A DNA stretch of 64,000 nt from Alloascoidea hylecoeti (Eukaryota). The stretch spans positions 621,048 through 685,047 of the forward strand of contig BCKZ01000006.1 in NCBI GenBank assembly GCA_001600815.1, given 5' to 3'. Position 1 is the stretch's first letter. Every line of letters starts with the position of its first letter. Below the pieces are notes generated by a model, which did no database searches, was not told the origin of the DNA, and worked only from the letters and a program-made list of their open reading frames with translations. Shown here in pieces: positions 14,895 to 26,705 of the stretch. Made by a program: the position numbers and the translations under genes.

Positions 14895-15673
14895 CTTAAT
14901 ATATTTATATAATTAATAGAATTTTCTTTTAATTTAAAATTGGATTGGATATTGTAAAATGGAATGATTATCAAAACTTGCAAATTTAACAATTCTTTTT
15001 TTCTTAATAAAATTTAATTCTTAAGGAGGAGAAAGAGGGATTAAGTTTTTCCAGGATGTGGGTAGACAGACACTCTGGTTTTGTTACGCTTTGATGAACA
15101 AAATAACAATTGTAATAAAACTGATGAAAAAGTTGAAAAAGTTGAAGTTAAAAATTTTCAATTATTGAATGTTGTTAACCCACTACTCTCTCCTTAAAAT
15201 TTAAACACCCTATCATATATTATTCATGATAGATCATGCTTATTAAGTCATGAGCAGCTTATTTGAAGGAAACGTTTTTGTATTTTTCGTAATCCATCGA
15301 TTATATTGCTTTAATTTAGATGACTTTTACTTCCACTCTGACCAAGTTATATCTACATGAAATATGGAACCTTCGTGGTGTGTAACATTTTTCAAAAATG
15401 TTGGCAGGCTTTTGCTGAGAAACATACAATCATGATCAGCCACATTAAAACTTACTTTGCAATAGGTATAATCTATCAGCCAATTTATTATCTTCAGAAA
15501 ACTTATGAACTTTTAATTTCTCAACACAAATATTAAGCATTTTTAATGTAGTCTTAAAGCTTATCACTTGATGGTGAACTATAATTCATTCACTCTGGAT
15601 ATACACAAGCATTATAGCCATGGTTAGACATAAGTAAAACTATATTAATTCACTTTTCTATATAGTCTACATA

Positions 15674-17877
15674 TTAAGCTGGAATAGATCCAACATCATG
15701 ATCAGAAGCAGGTGTAGGAGTGGCAGTATGCTCAGTATCACCACTTTTCCGTTTCTTATAACCGCCCGATCTTCCTTCACTATTACGCCTTTTTGCAGCT
15801 TTCGTTTTACCAGGTGGTGCATTGGCAACATCAATCTCTTCTTTTAGTTTAAACCTTAATTCATCATCCTCTACATTTTTACCATCTAATAAATACCAAA
15901 GATGATATTGTGGTGCTCGAATACCTAGTTTTAAAATTGCTTTCATTTTATCAACTACTTGAGATTGAGGATAAACTGAATGAATAAAAACTGGAACTAA
16001 TCGTTTAGGAAGGTTATAAAGTGTAATTGTTAAAGATGTGAATTTAACTCCTTTATATTTTTGATATTTTGGATTGTTTTCATAATCTGGTTCTTCTGAT
16101 ATTTCTTCATTTTCATCATGCTCAATTTTAGTAGTAGCATTAGTTGGAACTAATTTTGTACCATGTCCTGATTGTTCAGAAGCTGTTTCAGTGGAATTAT
16201 CACCCTCTTCTTTACCATCATCTTCTTTATCCTTATTTTCTGATTTATTATCTTTAGTTGTTTTATGTTTATTTTTATTTTTATTCACTTTTTCCTTTGC
16301 TGTTTCTTTCTTTTTATCATCTTTATCATCATCATCATCAAAGTTATGCAATATTAAAAATGAAAATAAAATTTGTCCATTTGGTAATTCTTCAACAACT
16401 GCATCTTTTGGTAATAAAAATCTACTTATTGGACTTTCAGAGAATTCAAAAACAATTGTTGCATTTCTAATAAATTTTTCAATATGTGTAATTGGTCTAG
16501 GTTTCTTTTGAATCATTGTTGATGATGATGGTGTTACTTGTGATGATGATAAATTAATATTGGATGTAGGAGTTCCAATGGTTGATCTTCGGTATCCTGA
16601 ATTAGGTGTTTGATGATTTGGAATATGTTGATAACCCATGGAACGTGCCAGTGCTATATAACGTTGGAATTCTGTAATCTGTTCAGAGGAAGCTTTACCT
16701 GATGCTACAATCTTCATTAGGGTATTTAAAGATGCATCACGTCGAGCAATGTAGTTTAAGTTTGCTATCATCATATGATTTTCTGGAGTTTGCATCAGAT
16801 CGGGGGTTGACGTTGTACGACGTGGAGTTGATGTTGAAGCTGATGTTGAATTAGATACAGAGTTTGGGGTTGCGGTAGAATGCCCTTCTTGAGAGGATTG
16901 AGGTGTCATTGGAGCCTTAGGTGGTTGTGAGTTTTGTATTGTCGACGATGTTTTAGAGGGAATTTGTGATGGTAGTGGTCGTTGTTGAACTATTGATTTT
17001 GATAATGAGGGTGTGGTTTTACTCGGAGTGGAAGTTAAACTTCCAGGAGACTTTGAAGCAAACGATGATAAAGGTGAAGGTGCGATTGATTTTGCAGTCG
17101 GTGTATTCACATTACTTACAGTCCCTTTTGTATTGGATGATTGAGGTGTTTGCGATATAGAGGTAGATGAAGAAAAAGGTCGTGATGGTATTGGCGATCC
17201 AGAAATGGGACGAACAAATCCAGGTTTGGGAACAGATGAGAACCCCGTACTTGCCATATGTTGTTGTCTATTTAATTCCCTTAATCTTTCTCTTTCTAAT
17301 TTTTCAGCTTTCTTCATCTCTTTTAATTTTTCCTTTTGAGCTCGTTTCTCCATTTTTTCTTTCTTTGCATCTTCATCTTTTACTAAAAAACATTTAATTT
17401 CAAATGAATGAGGACCTATTAGCATATTTCCTTCGCATAATTTAGTCATTCTTTCCCGTGCATTGACTTCACCAACTGGTAATTTACGTCCCCTTGGAGG
17501 TCGCGTCCAAAACTTTTCGAGCATTGATCCTCCTAACCAAGTCGTTCTAGATCTCAATAATGATGAATAAAGTACATAACTATAAACAAAGTTAGTAACA
17601 CCATTGCAAAAAGAAATAGCTAAATAAATCGTTTTTTCTTTTTTTAAGTGACATACCTTTCATTTAACGATAATGGTTTTTCTAATTTATAATAATCAGG
17701 TTTATCCAAAGATGCTGGAATTCCTTTAACATTTTCATATTTTTTGGGAATTACCAATTCTTCAGGCAAAGGCTCTGGAGTAGGAGTTTTCTTCTTGACC
17801 CTTGATTTTGCAGACTTTTGCCTTCTGAATTCACGTGTTGGCTTCTTTTCTTTTTTAGACTTCTTTTTGGGAACCAT
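15674..17877 (-). CDS. SWC3: SWR1 complex subunit Swc3; exons 17877-17657 and 17579-15674 (~708 aa)
   Basis: Two track ORFs joined by a 77-nt intron 17656-17580 (GTATGT...TACTAAC...TAG), giving PLSLNESYVLYSSLLRSRTTWL. Swc3-like blocks NARERMTKLC, IGPHSFEI, LNTLMKIVASGKAS, IVFEFSE. Confidence 0.85.
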
Positions 17878-19067
17878 TTTATTGTTTGAACATGATAAAC
17901 AGATTCAAAAAAAAAAGGAGCTGTTTTGGCGGGTGTACGGGTGTATACTAATGACCATACTTTTCAACTAGTACTAAATTTTATATTGCTATATGCATAT
18001 TTATTTGTAATTGATATACCGATACATAAACTGCGATCTAACTAAAGATCGTATATTAGTATTTTTTTATAACGAATATCTCAATAATTTCTTACCAATT
18101 GCCAATTCCAATAGCAAACTTCTGCCCCTATAACTTTTCAGTACCAGCGTTGGATATCTACCATATAGTTAAATATCACAGTTGGAAAAATTTAGCAGTG
18201 AAAATATATGTTGTTTATGGTAAATTATATTTATTATTTATCTAAAGAGGTGTCTGTGATTAATATATGATTATTAATACTTACTATTGGTGGAGTTGCT
18301 ATTGTTTCTCTGGAATTGTCATTTACTTGGAGAATATGATGTTGTGTGATTTTCATACGACAAAAATTAAAAATTACCCCGAATAGTTCGAACTTGCAGA
18401 AAAACATAGTATTGCGTTTATCATTGAGTTTCTGCCTTATTTAAGTTTCTTAACTATGGTAAAATAATTTAAGGGAGGAAACAATATGGTAAGAAATAAT
18501 TTTAAAATCATGAGTGGTGATAGTGAAGAGGAAGAAGAAGTAAATAATTTACAAAAAGGTTTTATTTATACCTTACATATTTACTATTATTATGTATATC
18601 TAGTTATCAACTTCATCATTAATGGCATTGCAGGCCATTTGTAATGGCTTATATATAACGGTTATAATCAAGAGTACAAGAGCACGTTCAATGCACCTGC
18701 ACATATGCAGATTTTGAGGCTAACACCTTTTTTGACCCCGGGAATCCCATGACACCCTCAATATTAGTCTAGTCACGGCTTGGGCGAGTATTTTAGTGTT
18801 GAGGGTGGGTGAGGGTGGGTGAGTTCACGTGATTCAGGTGAATACAATTTGAATTGAAAGGAAGTAAAGGTGGTGTTTTTATAATTTCAACAAGTCAACA
18901 GTTTTGTTTCACGAAATAATGCGCTGAACAATATTAACCAAAAAGTTTAATGGAACACTTATATTGTATTCTTTGTATTTATTTTGCTTCTTCTCTACTG
19001 CTTATACCGTACATAGCCTAAAATTAAAGAAGTGAAAGATGATTATTCGGACTCGTGTGCGAATAAT

Positions 19068-19107
19068 TAGTTCTCCAAGTGTCCGATATTAAGTGCAAAT
19101 ACTGTAT
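19068..19107. repeat. 40-bp dispersed direct repeat, copy 1 (possible DNA-transposon terminus)
   Basis: tagttctccaagtgtccgatattaagtgcaaatactgtat; 37/40 identical to 20991-21030. Confidence 0.85.
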
Positions 19108-19568
19108 GTAAATTTGAAGATTTAGAGGACCGGTCTGAAATTCTTAATTTCTCAAATATTGAGTATAATATTATTGAATACTATATAATTTGTATGTCAA
19201 AGTTTTATAAAATTCTTTTCTGCCAATTTGGAGATAATTGCGTTTTGGTAATTCGGAAAATTCTTGTATGTACTCAATGTCAGGTCTTTTTTTTATGTAC
19301 CGACACCATCCAAACACACACTAAATATTCGCCCACCATTGACTTCACACAACTACGGCTCACACATAAACATATGAAGATACAGTTTAAATGAAGACAG
19401 AGCTACGGCTGTCTTATATATTTAAATTTGTGCTGCAGTTGCATAGTAAAATATGATAATCGAAGAGGTCTATACGCTATCTGGATACTCTTAAATTTAT
19501 ATCTTTTCAATTCTCACTTTTCACTGCAAATGTAGCTTTATAAAAATATCTAGACTATTCTGTGAACA

Positions 19569-20890
19569 ATGGGGCATATTCTCATGCCCATATTACATTT
19601 TCCAGATAAACTTGATGTTCAGTTCAACCAACAATTAGTCCAAAGTAACAATTGTTTATCCCTTTAAAAAGGCTTCTTTCATTCCCAATCCTAAGAAAAG
19701 TCCCCACCCCACAAATATGAAACCCAACGATGAATTCCAAAATAATGGTAAAACAAAATTGACCAAGCCATTTTCTGTTTTGGACGAGGTTTTTGATAAT
19801 GATTTAGCATCTACTTCGTCGGAGATGACTTCTATAGAGTCTGTGCATAATGATATCGATTCTACTGACCATAATATTAATACATTCGAATCGCATCCTG
19901 AAATTATTAAGTTGAAGAGTTTTATGAAGGTATTCATAACTATATCGACTCTGTTAAATGCAATGCAGAAACTCTAGGATTATTAAACAAACATCTTGGT
20001 TATAAAATATCAGAAGTCTAATTCTTCTCATAGAAAAAATCTTCATATTTTACGTTCAATTAGTTTACAAAAAGAAAATTCAATAATTATTGGAAATTCA
20101 AAAACAATTAATAAAATTAATAAATGTTTAATTGAAAAATATGATGAAGTTGGTTTACAGAATTCATTTGAAAATTGTAAATATCTTTTATCAAAAAAAT
20201 TAAATATTAATATGAATAAGAATGAAATTATTGAATTTTTTAATGATGTGGATCCTAAGTTTTTATTATTAACAAAAATTGATGAAGAAATTTCTGATAA
20301 GATTAAAATTAATTTATTTGGATCAACTTGGATTGAAGATAATCATGATTTAATCAATGTTAAAATATCATATTTGAATGATTGTGAATTTATTGGTTAT
20401 AATCCAGAATATAAAGATTTTTGCAAAAGAATTAAGAGGAGAATTACCGGTTTATAATTATTTTATTCAAATAAAATAATAAATTGAATGATAAAATAAA
20501 GGATTTAGTTACAAAGAAAATTGATGAACTTAAATTAAAGCCTTTGTCATAATCAAAAGTTGATTTGAATGAATTATTGGATGAATTGAATAATACTTCT
20601 ATAGATATTATGTTATCCGAGCGTACCGATTCTTCGGCTACAATAACACAAGTGAGGATCCTAAATTGCAACAGTCTGATATTCCCAAGAAAGAGAAGGA
20701 ATCAATGGTACACTCAGATAAAACGATGATAAAATAGGGAGACGCCATTAAAGATTCACCAAAGCCCAATGTATCAACTACAACTGTAATTAACAATGAT
20801 AAAAATTTGGATATTCCTGATTTTGATGAAAGATCATTTTTTACACCCAAAGAAAGATCTTAGGGGTCAAAAAGAAATTGGGAGAGTTAA
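19569..20890 (+). pseudogene. Decayed gene of unknown family
   Basis: Consecutive protein-like segments (track ORFs 19717-19977 and 19996-20457, then ...DKIKDLVTKKIDELKLKPLS*SKVDLNELLDELNN... and ...SEDPKLQQSDIPKKEKES...K*GDAIKDSPKP...DERSFFTPKERS*GSKRNWES*) broken by stops at 19975, 19984, 20455, 20550, 20735, 20861 and by frame changes. Boundaries approximate. Confidence 0.65.
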
Positions 20891-20990
20891 TTCATATTAT
20901 ATTTTATATACAAATTTTAATATATTTATTTAACTTACAAACTACTGAACTGCAAATTTAGTGTAGGTGCCCATATATTGTACGTGCATA

Positions 20991-21030
20991 TAGTCCTCCA
21001 ACTGTCCGATATTAAGTGAAAATACTGTAT
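20991..21030. repeat. 40-bp dispersed direct repeat, copy 2
   Basis: tagtcctccaactgtccgatattaagtgaaaatactgtat; 37/40 identical to 19068-19107. Confidence 0.85.
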
Positions 21031-21985
21031 TGTAAAATAAATCCATTTGTTTACCGGTACTGTTCATTGGTCCAATAGTTAGTTTCCAATTTTTTTTGAT
21101 TGTTTTCTCCCCCAGTTGTACCAATGTTTTGCTCTTCGTTTTTCTCTTCGTTTTTCTCTATTTTTACAATTCACCATGATATAGTCTAGTTGCTGAAATT
21201 ATCAACAGGAATCATTGAAGGGTTGACAAAACAATTTCAAATGTAATTTTAATTGTAACAGATTATGTTGTAGATATTGCAAGTAGTTTATAATCAATAT
21301 CTCCAAAATAGTCGAGCCAAATTGAACAATAATGTAGAAAGACACATTCCAATTAATTTAAAAGAAGTTCCTATTATTATAATATATAAAGTTTATAGAA
21401 TGATACATTTATGGCTACCGGCCAAAATTTTCCTTTGCCGGTTATCAAGATCGAAGCTTAAGCTTATAACATAAAAATAAGAACGTTAATTACAACACAA
21501 ATTCATTCGTACATGTCTAAGCATCCATAATAAAGATTTAGAGGAAGATATTAAACAACTCTGGGTATGTATATATATGTATACTGTACAGCTATAAACT
21601 TTAGTATAACTTATAACTACCAATATAAACATACTTCAGATTAGATATCCTTGGTGATATTTATATCCAGAGTAAATCGAGCATCTTTTCATGTTAAATT
21701 GGCTTCGTTCAATTTAGTTGAGGACAGAATATTGTGAGAGAAACCGACGTATAATTTTCTCTGTTTCATCGCTAGTACGGCTAAAAGATCTTTTACAACC
21801 CATATTAACGTTTTGCATAATTAAGCTTTTAACAGTAAACCTTAACACTCTAAAGTACGTGATGCATATCGCTTATGTGTGGATTCGCGATCCATAGCAG
21901 TGCTGACACTAGTCCCCACAGTGGTCTCATACTAATAAACACTCGAGCTCTGGATCCGGAGATACCTTATACACAATATGCAGGT

Positions 21986-22017
21986 ATGTCGGCGTAAATC
22001 ATCCTGTTAACCGACAT
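21986..22017. promoter_or_regulatory. Inverted repeat ATGTCGG-N18-CCGACAT, candidate Zn2Cys6 factor site upstream of PDR12
   Basis: Perfect 7-bp arms containing CGG/CCG, about 100 nt upstream of TATATAA (22114-22120). Confidence 0.4.
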
Positions 22018-22187
22018 TAACAACGGTCATATAGGCGCAAATACCAAAAATGGGAAGTTATACAATTACTCTATTAACTTTGATTTATTCACTCAAAGTT
22101 TACAATTCCAATGTATATAAGTAGCTAGATTCTCCTGATTAATGTCATCTTATTTTAATCCACATCTACACTTTTAACACCAAATTA

Positions 22188-25100
22188 ATGTCAAAAGTAA
22201 TTAAGACAACGGATTCATCATCATCCGGCGCGAGCTCAAAAGAAGTTGAAGGAGATGCAATCAAATCCTATGACTCTAATAACAAATCATCAGATTACAA
22301 AAGAAGCTCCAAAGATTTGGAGAATAATAATGATGAAGAAGTTTATTCGCAACAACTCCACAGAGTCTTAAGTGATCCAAATGCCGTTGAAAGAATTCAA
22401 TCTCTTGCTAGATCTTTATCAAGGCGTGTTGCAGCTCAAGATCGTTTCGTAGTAGATCCTGAGGATTTTGATCTTAAGGTTCTGCTCCATTATTTGAATT
22501 CAAAGAGTCTTGAACAAGGAATTGAAGATAGTGCTGCTGGTGTTGCCTTTAAAGGACTTACTGCAACAGGTATAGACGTATCAGCCGCATATGGCCCTTC
22601 CGTTGAAGAAATGCTAAGAAAGTATTTAGGTTTGCCATTTAGACTTTTCAAAAGGGAAAAACAACCTATCAGAAATATTATCGAAAATGTTACCGGTGTA
22701 GTCAAAGCTGGGGAAATGTGTTTTGTTATTGGTAGACCAGGTGCTGGTTGTTCTACTCTATTAAAATGTTGTTCTGGTGAAACTTCAGAACTTCTGTCTG
22801 TAACTGGTGAATTCTCTTATGATGGTCTTACTCAAGAACAAATGATGGAGGTGTATAAAGGATACGTTGTTTATAATCCTGAACTAGATACACATTTCCC
22901 TCATTTGAAAGTTAAGGATACTATTGATTTCGCTTTGAAGATGAAAACTCCTGCAACAAGAATTGATAGTGTTAAGCGTTCTGAGTACATTGACACAATG
23001 AGAGATTTATGGTGTACAGTTTTTGGTTTACGTCATACTTATAATACTAAGGTTGGAAATGATTTCGTTCGTGGTGTTTCCGGTGGTGAAAGGAAGAGAG
23101 TTTCTATTGTCGAGGCTTTAGCTTGTAATGCATCTATTTATGCTTGGGATAATGCTACCAGAGGTCTTGATGCTTCTACAGCTTTGGAATTCGCCCAGGC
23201 TATCCGTACAGCTACAAATTTATTAAATAACTCTGCTCTTGTTGCAATTTACCAAGCTGGTGAAAATATCTATACATTATTCGATAAAGTTACAATTCTG
23301 TATCTTGGTAGACAAATTTATTTTGGTCCTGCTACTAAAGCAAAAGATTATTTCTTAAGAATGGGCTGGTTTTGTCCTCCAAGAATGACCACTCCTGAAT
23401 TTTTGACATCCGTTACTGACCCTAATGGTAGAATACCCCAACCAGGAATGGAAGAGAAACTTCCCACAACAGCTCAAGAATTTGAACAATATTGGTGGGA
23501 TTCTCCTGAATACAAAGAATGTCTTGCTGAATATGATGAATACAATAGATCTCATACCTACGAAGAAACTAAATCCAGGTTGGAAGCAGTAACAAAGCAG
23601 AGGAAAGAAAGTTTACAAAGAAAGAAATCTCGATTTGTTGTTTCATATCCTTCTCAAGTCAAGCATTTAGTCATAAGAGGCTTTCATAGACAGCAAGGTG
23701 AAATGTCATATCAAGCAATTTATCTTGGTACTTTTATTATTAAAGGTTTAATTATTGGTTCAACTTATTGGAATATTCCAGATGGAACATCTGGTGCCTT
23801 TTCTCGCGCTGGTGTCTTATTCTATTGTCTATTTTATTGTGCTGCTACTTCCCTTGCTGAGATTTCCCATGCTTTTTCATTCCGTCCCGTTATTTTGAAG
23901 CAAAAGAGTTATTCAATGTATCATCAATCCGCTGAAGCAATGCAAGAGATTATCACTGAGTTTCCTGTTAAATTTATTGCAGTTATTATCTTAGTATTGA
24001 CATGTTATTGGATGCCACACTTGAGACACTCGGCCGGTACCTTCTTTATGTTTTTTGCTTTCTTGGTTCAAGCTCAACAATTTATGTCATTTCTTTTCAA
24101 GATTGTTGCTACTTTGACTACAGATGGTACAACAGCTCATGCTGTTGCTGGTCTCATGATTTTGGTTCTATGTATATACACAGGTTTTATTCTTCCTTTA
24201 CCACAAATGCATCATTGGGGGAAATGGTTAAACTGGTTAAATCCCTTGAGATACTCCTTAGAAATGCTAATTGCTACTGAATTTCACCATAGAAAGATGA
24301 ATTGTGACCAGATCGTTCCATCTGGTCCAGGCTATGAATCTGTTTCTGTTATTAACCAAGTGTGTGCTTTTACTGGTAGTAAAACTGGTAAAACATATGT
24401 CACTGGGGAAGATTATATTAAGGTATTATATAATTTTGAATTCAAACATGTTTGGAGAAACTTCGGTATTAACATTGCTTGGTCGGCTGCTTTTGCTGGA
24501 TTTAACATGCTGTTATCTGAATATGTTAAAAGTGTTCAAGGTGGTGGTGATATGTTACTTTTCAAGAGAGGATTTTTACCTGACACTACTAAAGAAACTC
24601 ATGATAATCGTGTTGCAACCCGTGATGAAATGATTGAAATATTAAATGGACCTGGTGTTGACCTTAAGAAAGTTGTTGAAGAAAAGGATGTTTTCTCATG
24701 GCAAAATGTTGATTATGTTATTCCATATGAAGGTGGCACTAGACAATTGCTTAATAATATTCAAGGTTATGTTAAGCCAGGTATGATGACAGCGCTTATG
24801 GGTGAATCTGGTGCTGGTAAGACTACTTTATTGAATGTTTTGTCACAACGTATAAATTTTGGAGTTATCACTGGTGATATGTTTGTTAATGGTCTTCCTA
24901 ATGATGCATCTTTCCAACGAAGAACGGGTTATGTTCAACAACAAGATCTTCATTTAGCTGAATACTCTGTTAGAGAATCTTTACGTTTTGCTGCCGAACT
25001 TCGTCAACCAGCTGAAGTTCCGATCTCTGAAAAACATGAATATGTAGAAAAAATCATGAATCTTCTAGGTATGCAAGATTATGCAGAAGCTATTATTGGT

Positions 25101-26705
25101 AAAATTGGTCGTGGTTTAAATGTTGAACAGAGAAAGAAGTTGTCTATTGGTGTTGAACTTGTTGCGAAGCCATCTTTACTTCTTTTCCTTGATGAACCTA
25201 CTTCTGGTCTCGATTCTCAATCAGCTTGGTCCATTATTCAGTTCTTACGTGCTTTGGCAGATTCGGGACAAGCTATCTTATGTACTATCCATCAACCATC
25301 TGCAACACTATTTGAAGTTTTTGATAGATTATTATTGTTGAAGAAAGGTGGTCAGACAGTTTACTTTGGAGATATTGGTCCAAATTCATCTACAATGTTA
25401 TCATATTTTGAAAGACAATCTGGTGTTAAATGTGGGGTATCAGAAAATCCAGCAGAGTATATTTTGAATTGTATTGGAGCTGGTGCTACAGCTTCTGCAT
25501 CTAGTGACTGGCATGATTTATGGATCAGTTCTCCTGAGTTTGAAAAAGAAACAGCTGTTATTTCTCAATTACATCGTGATTTGCCTTTGAGACCAAAGGC
25601 TGAAACTGGTGAACATAATTTAACAAGTAAATTTGCAACAAGCTGGTTTACTCAATTTGATTGTGTTTTCAGAAGAACCGGTCTTCAATTCTGGAGATCT
25701 CCTGTTTATATTCGTGCTAAATTCTTTGAATGTGTTGTTTGTTCTTTATTTGTTGGGTTTTCCTTTATTAGTATTAATCATACAATCGCTGGTGCTTCTC
25801 AACCTCTACTTGTTATATTCATGATGTTAGTTGTTTCTTTGGCTATGATTAATCAAATGCATGTTTTTGCTTTTGCTTCTAGAGAATTATTTGAAGTTCG
25901 TGAGTCTGCTTCAAACACTTTCCACTGGTCAGCTTTGCTACTTGCACAAACCTCTTGGGAAATAATTTGGTGTTCACTTTGTCAATTCATATGTTGGATT
26001 TGTTTCTACTGGGGTCCTCACTTTCCTGGTACTGCACAAGAATGTGGTTATTTCTTCTTGGTTTTTGTTGTTATTTTCCCATTATATTTTGTAACTTATG
26101 GTCTTTGGATTATTTATTTTGCTCCCAGTGTTCCAGCTGCTTCAGTTATCAATTCATTAATTTTCCCTATGTTAATGCTATTCTGTGGAATCTTGCAACC
26201 CTATGATTTGATGCCTGGTTTCTGGACTTTTATGTATAAAGTTTCACCTTTCTCATACTTTGTTCAATCGTTTGTTGCACCGTTAGTTCACAATCGTAAG
26301 TTAGTTTGTGCAGAAGCAGAGTTTAACATTGTTACACCTCCAGAAGGACAAACTTGCAGTGGTTACTTAGACCAGTACATAGGGACTCATGGTGGTTATT
26401 TAAATAATGGGAATGCAACCTCGAATTGTCAATACTGTCCTTTTACTTCACAAGAAACAGTCATGGATGCGGTCAATGTTAAATGGAGTTATAGATGGAG
26501 AAACTTTGGATTCATGTTTGTTTATATCATTTTCAATGTAGTAGCAATGTTGGGTATGTACTACTTAATGAGAGTTAAAGTGTGGAGTTTGAAATCAATA
26601 TTAAACTTTCAAGATTGGTTTAAAGGAGGAAGAAAAGAAAGACATGAAGAGCCATCTAAGATCTTTGAACAAAAGCCAGGTGACGAAACTGTTATAAAGA
26701 ATTAA
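22188..26705 (+). CDS. PDR12: ABCG/PDR transporter, weak-organic-acid efflux pump Pdr12-like (1505 aa, intronless)
   Basis: NBD-TMD x2 (GRPGAGCSTLLK, VSGGERKRVS, GESGAGKTT, LNVEQRKKL). Pdr12-type signatures MINQMHVFA, EVRESASNTFHWS and C-terminal RVKVWSLKSILNF..WF.G.RKERHE. Confidence 0.9.
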   Translation: MSKVIKTTDSSSSGASSKEVEGDAIKSYDSNNKSSDYKRSSKDLENNNDEEVYSQQLHRVLSDPNAVERIQSLARSLSRRVAAQDRFVVDPEDFDLKVLLHYLNSKSLEQGIEDSAAGVAFKGLTATGIDVSAAYGPSVEEMLRKYLGLPFRLFKREKQPIRNIIENVTGVVKAGEMCFVIGRPGAGCSTLLKCCSGETSELLSVTGEFSYDGLTQEQMMEVYKGYVVYNPELDTHFPHLKVKDTIDFALKMKTPATRIDSVKRSEYIDTMRDLWCTVFGLRHTYNTKVGNDFVRGVSGGERKRVSIVEALACNASIYAWDNATRGLDASTALEFAQAIRTATNLLNNSALVAIYQAGENIYTLFDKVTILYLGRQIYFGPATKAKDYFLRMGWFCPPRMTTPEFLTSVTDPNGRIPQPGMEEKLPTTAQEFEQYWWDSPEYKECLAEYDEYNRSHTYEETKSRLEAVTKQRKESLQRKKSRFVVSYPSQVKHLVIRGFHRQQGEMSYQAIYLGTFIIKGLIIGSTYWNIPDGTSGAFSRAGVLFYCLFYCAATSLAEISHAFSFRPVILKQKSYSMYHQSAEAMQEIITEFPVKFIAVIILVLTCYWMPHLRHSAGTFFMFFAFLVQAQQFMSFLFKIVATLTTDGTTAHAVAGLMILVLCIYTGFILPLPQMHHWGKWLNWLNPLRYSLEMLIATEFHHRKMNCDQIVPSGPGYESVSVINQVCAFTGSKTGKTYVTGEDYIKVLYNFEFKHVWRNFGINIAWSAAFAGFNMLLSEYVKSVQGGGDMLLFKRGFLPDTTKETHDNRVATRDEMIEILNGPGVDLKKVVEEKDVFSWQNVDYVIPYEGGTRQLLNNIQGYVKPGMMTALMGESGAGKTTLLNVLSQRINFGVITGDMFVNGLPNDASFQRRTGYVQQQDLHLAEYSVRESLRFAAELRQPAEVPISEKHEYVEKIMNLLGMQDYAEAIIGKIGRGLNVEQRKKLSIGVELVAKPSLLLFLDEPTSGLDSQSAWSIIQFLRALADSGQAILCTIHQPSATLFEVFDRLLLLKKGGQTVYFGDIGPNSSTMLSYFERQSGVKCGVSENPAEYILNCIGAGATASASSDWHDLWISSPEFEKETAVISQLHRDLPLRPKAETGEHNLTSKFATSWFTQFDCVFRRTGLQFWRSPVYIRAKFFECVVCSLFVGFSFISINHTIAGASQPLLVIFMMLVVSLAMINQMHVFAFASRELFEVRESASNTFHWSALLLAQTSWEIIWCSLCQFICWICFYWGPHFPGTAQECGYFFLVFVVIFPLYFVTYGLWIIYFAPSVPAASVINSLIFPMLMLFCGILQPYDLMPGFWTFMYKVSPFSYFVQSFVAPLVHNRKLVCAEAEFNIVTPPEGQTCSGYLDQYIGTHGGYLNNGNATSNCQYCPFTSQETVMDAVNVKWSYRWRNFGFMFVYIIFNVVAMLGMYYLMRVKVWSLKSILNFQDWFKGGRKERHEEPSKIFEQKPGDETVIKN

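Noticed and set aside
18486..18644. 52-codon ORF MVRNNFKIMSGDSEEEEEV...
   Set aside because: Short, low complexity, no homology or supporting signals
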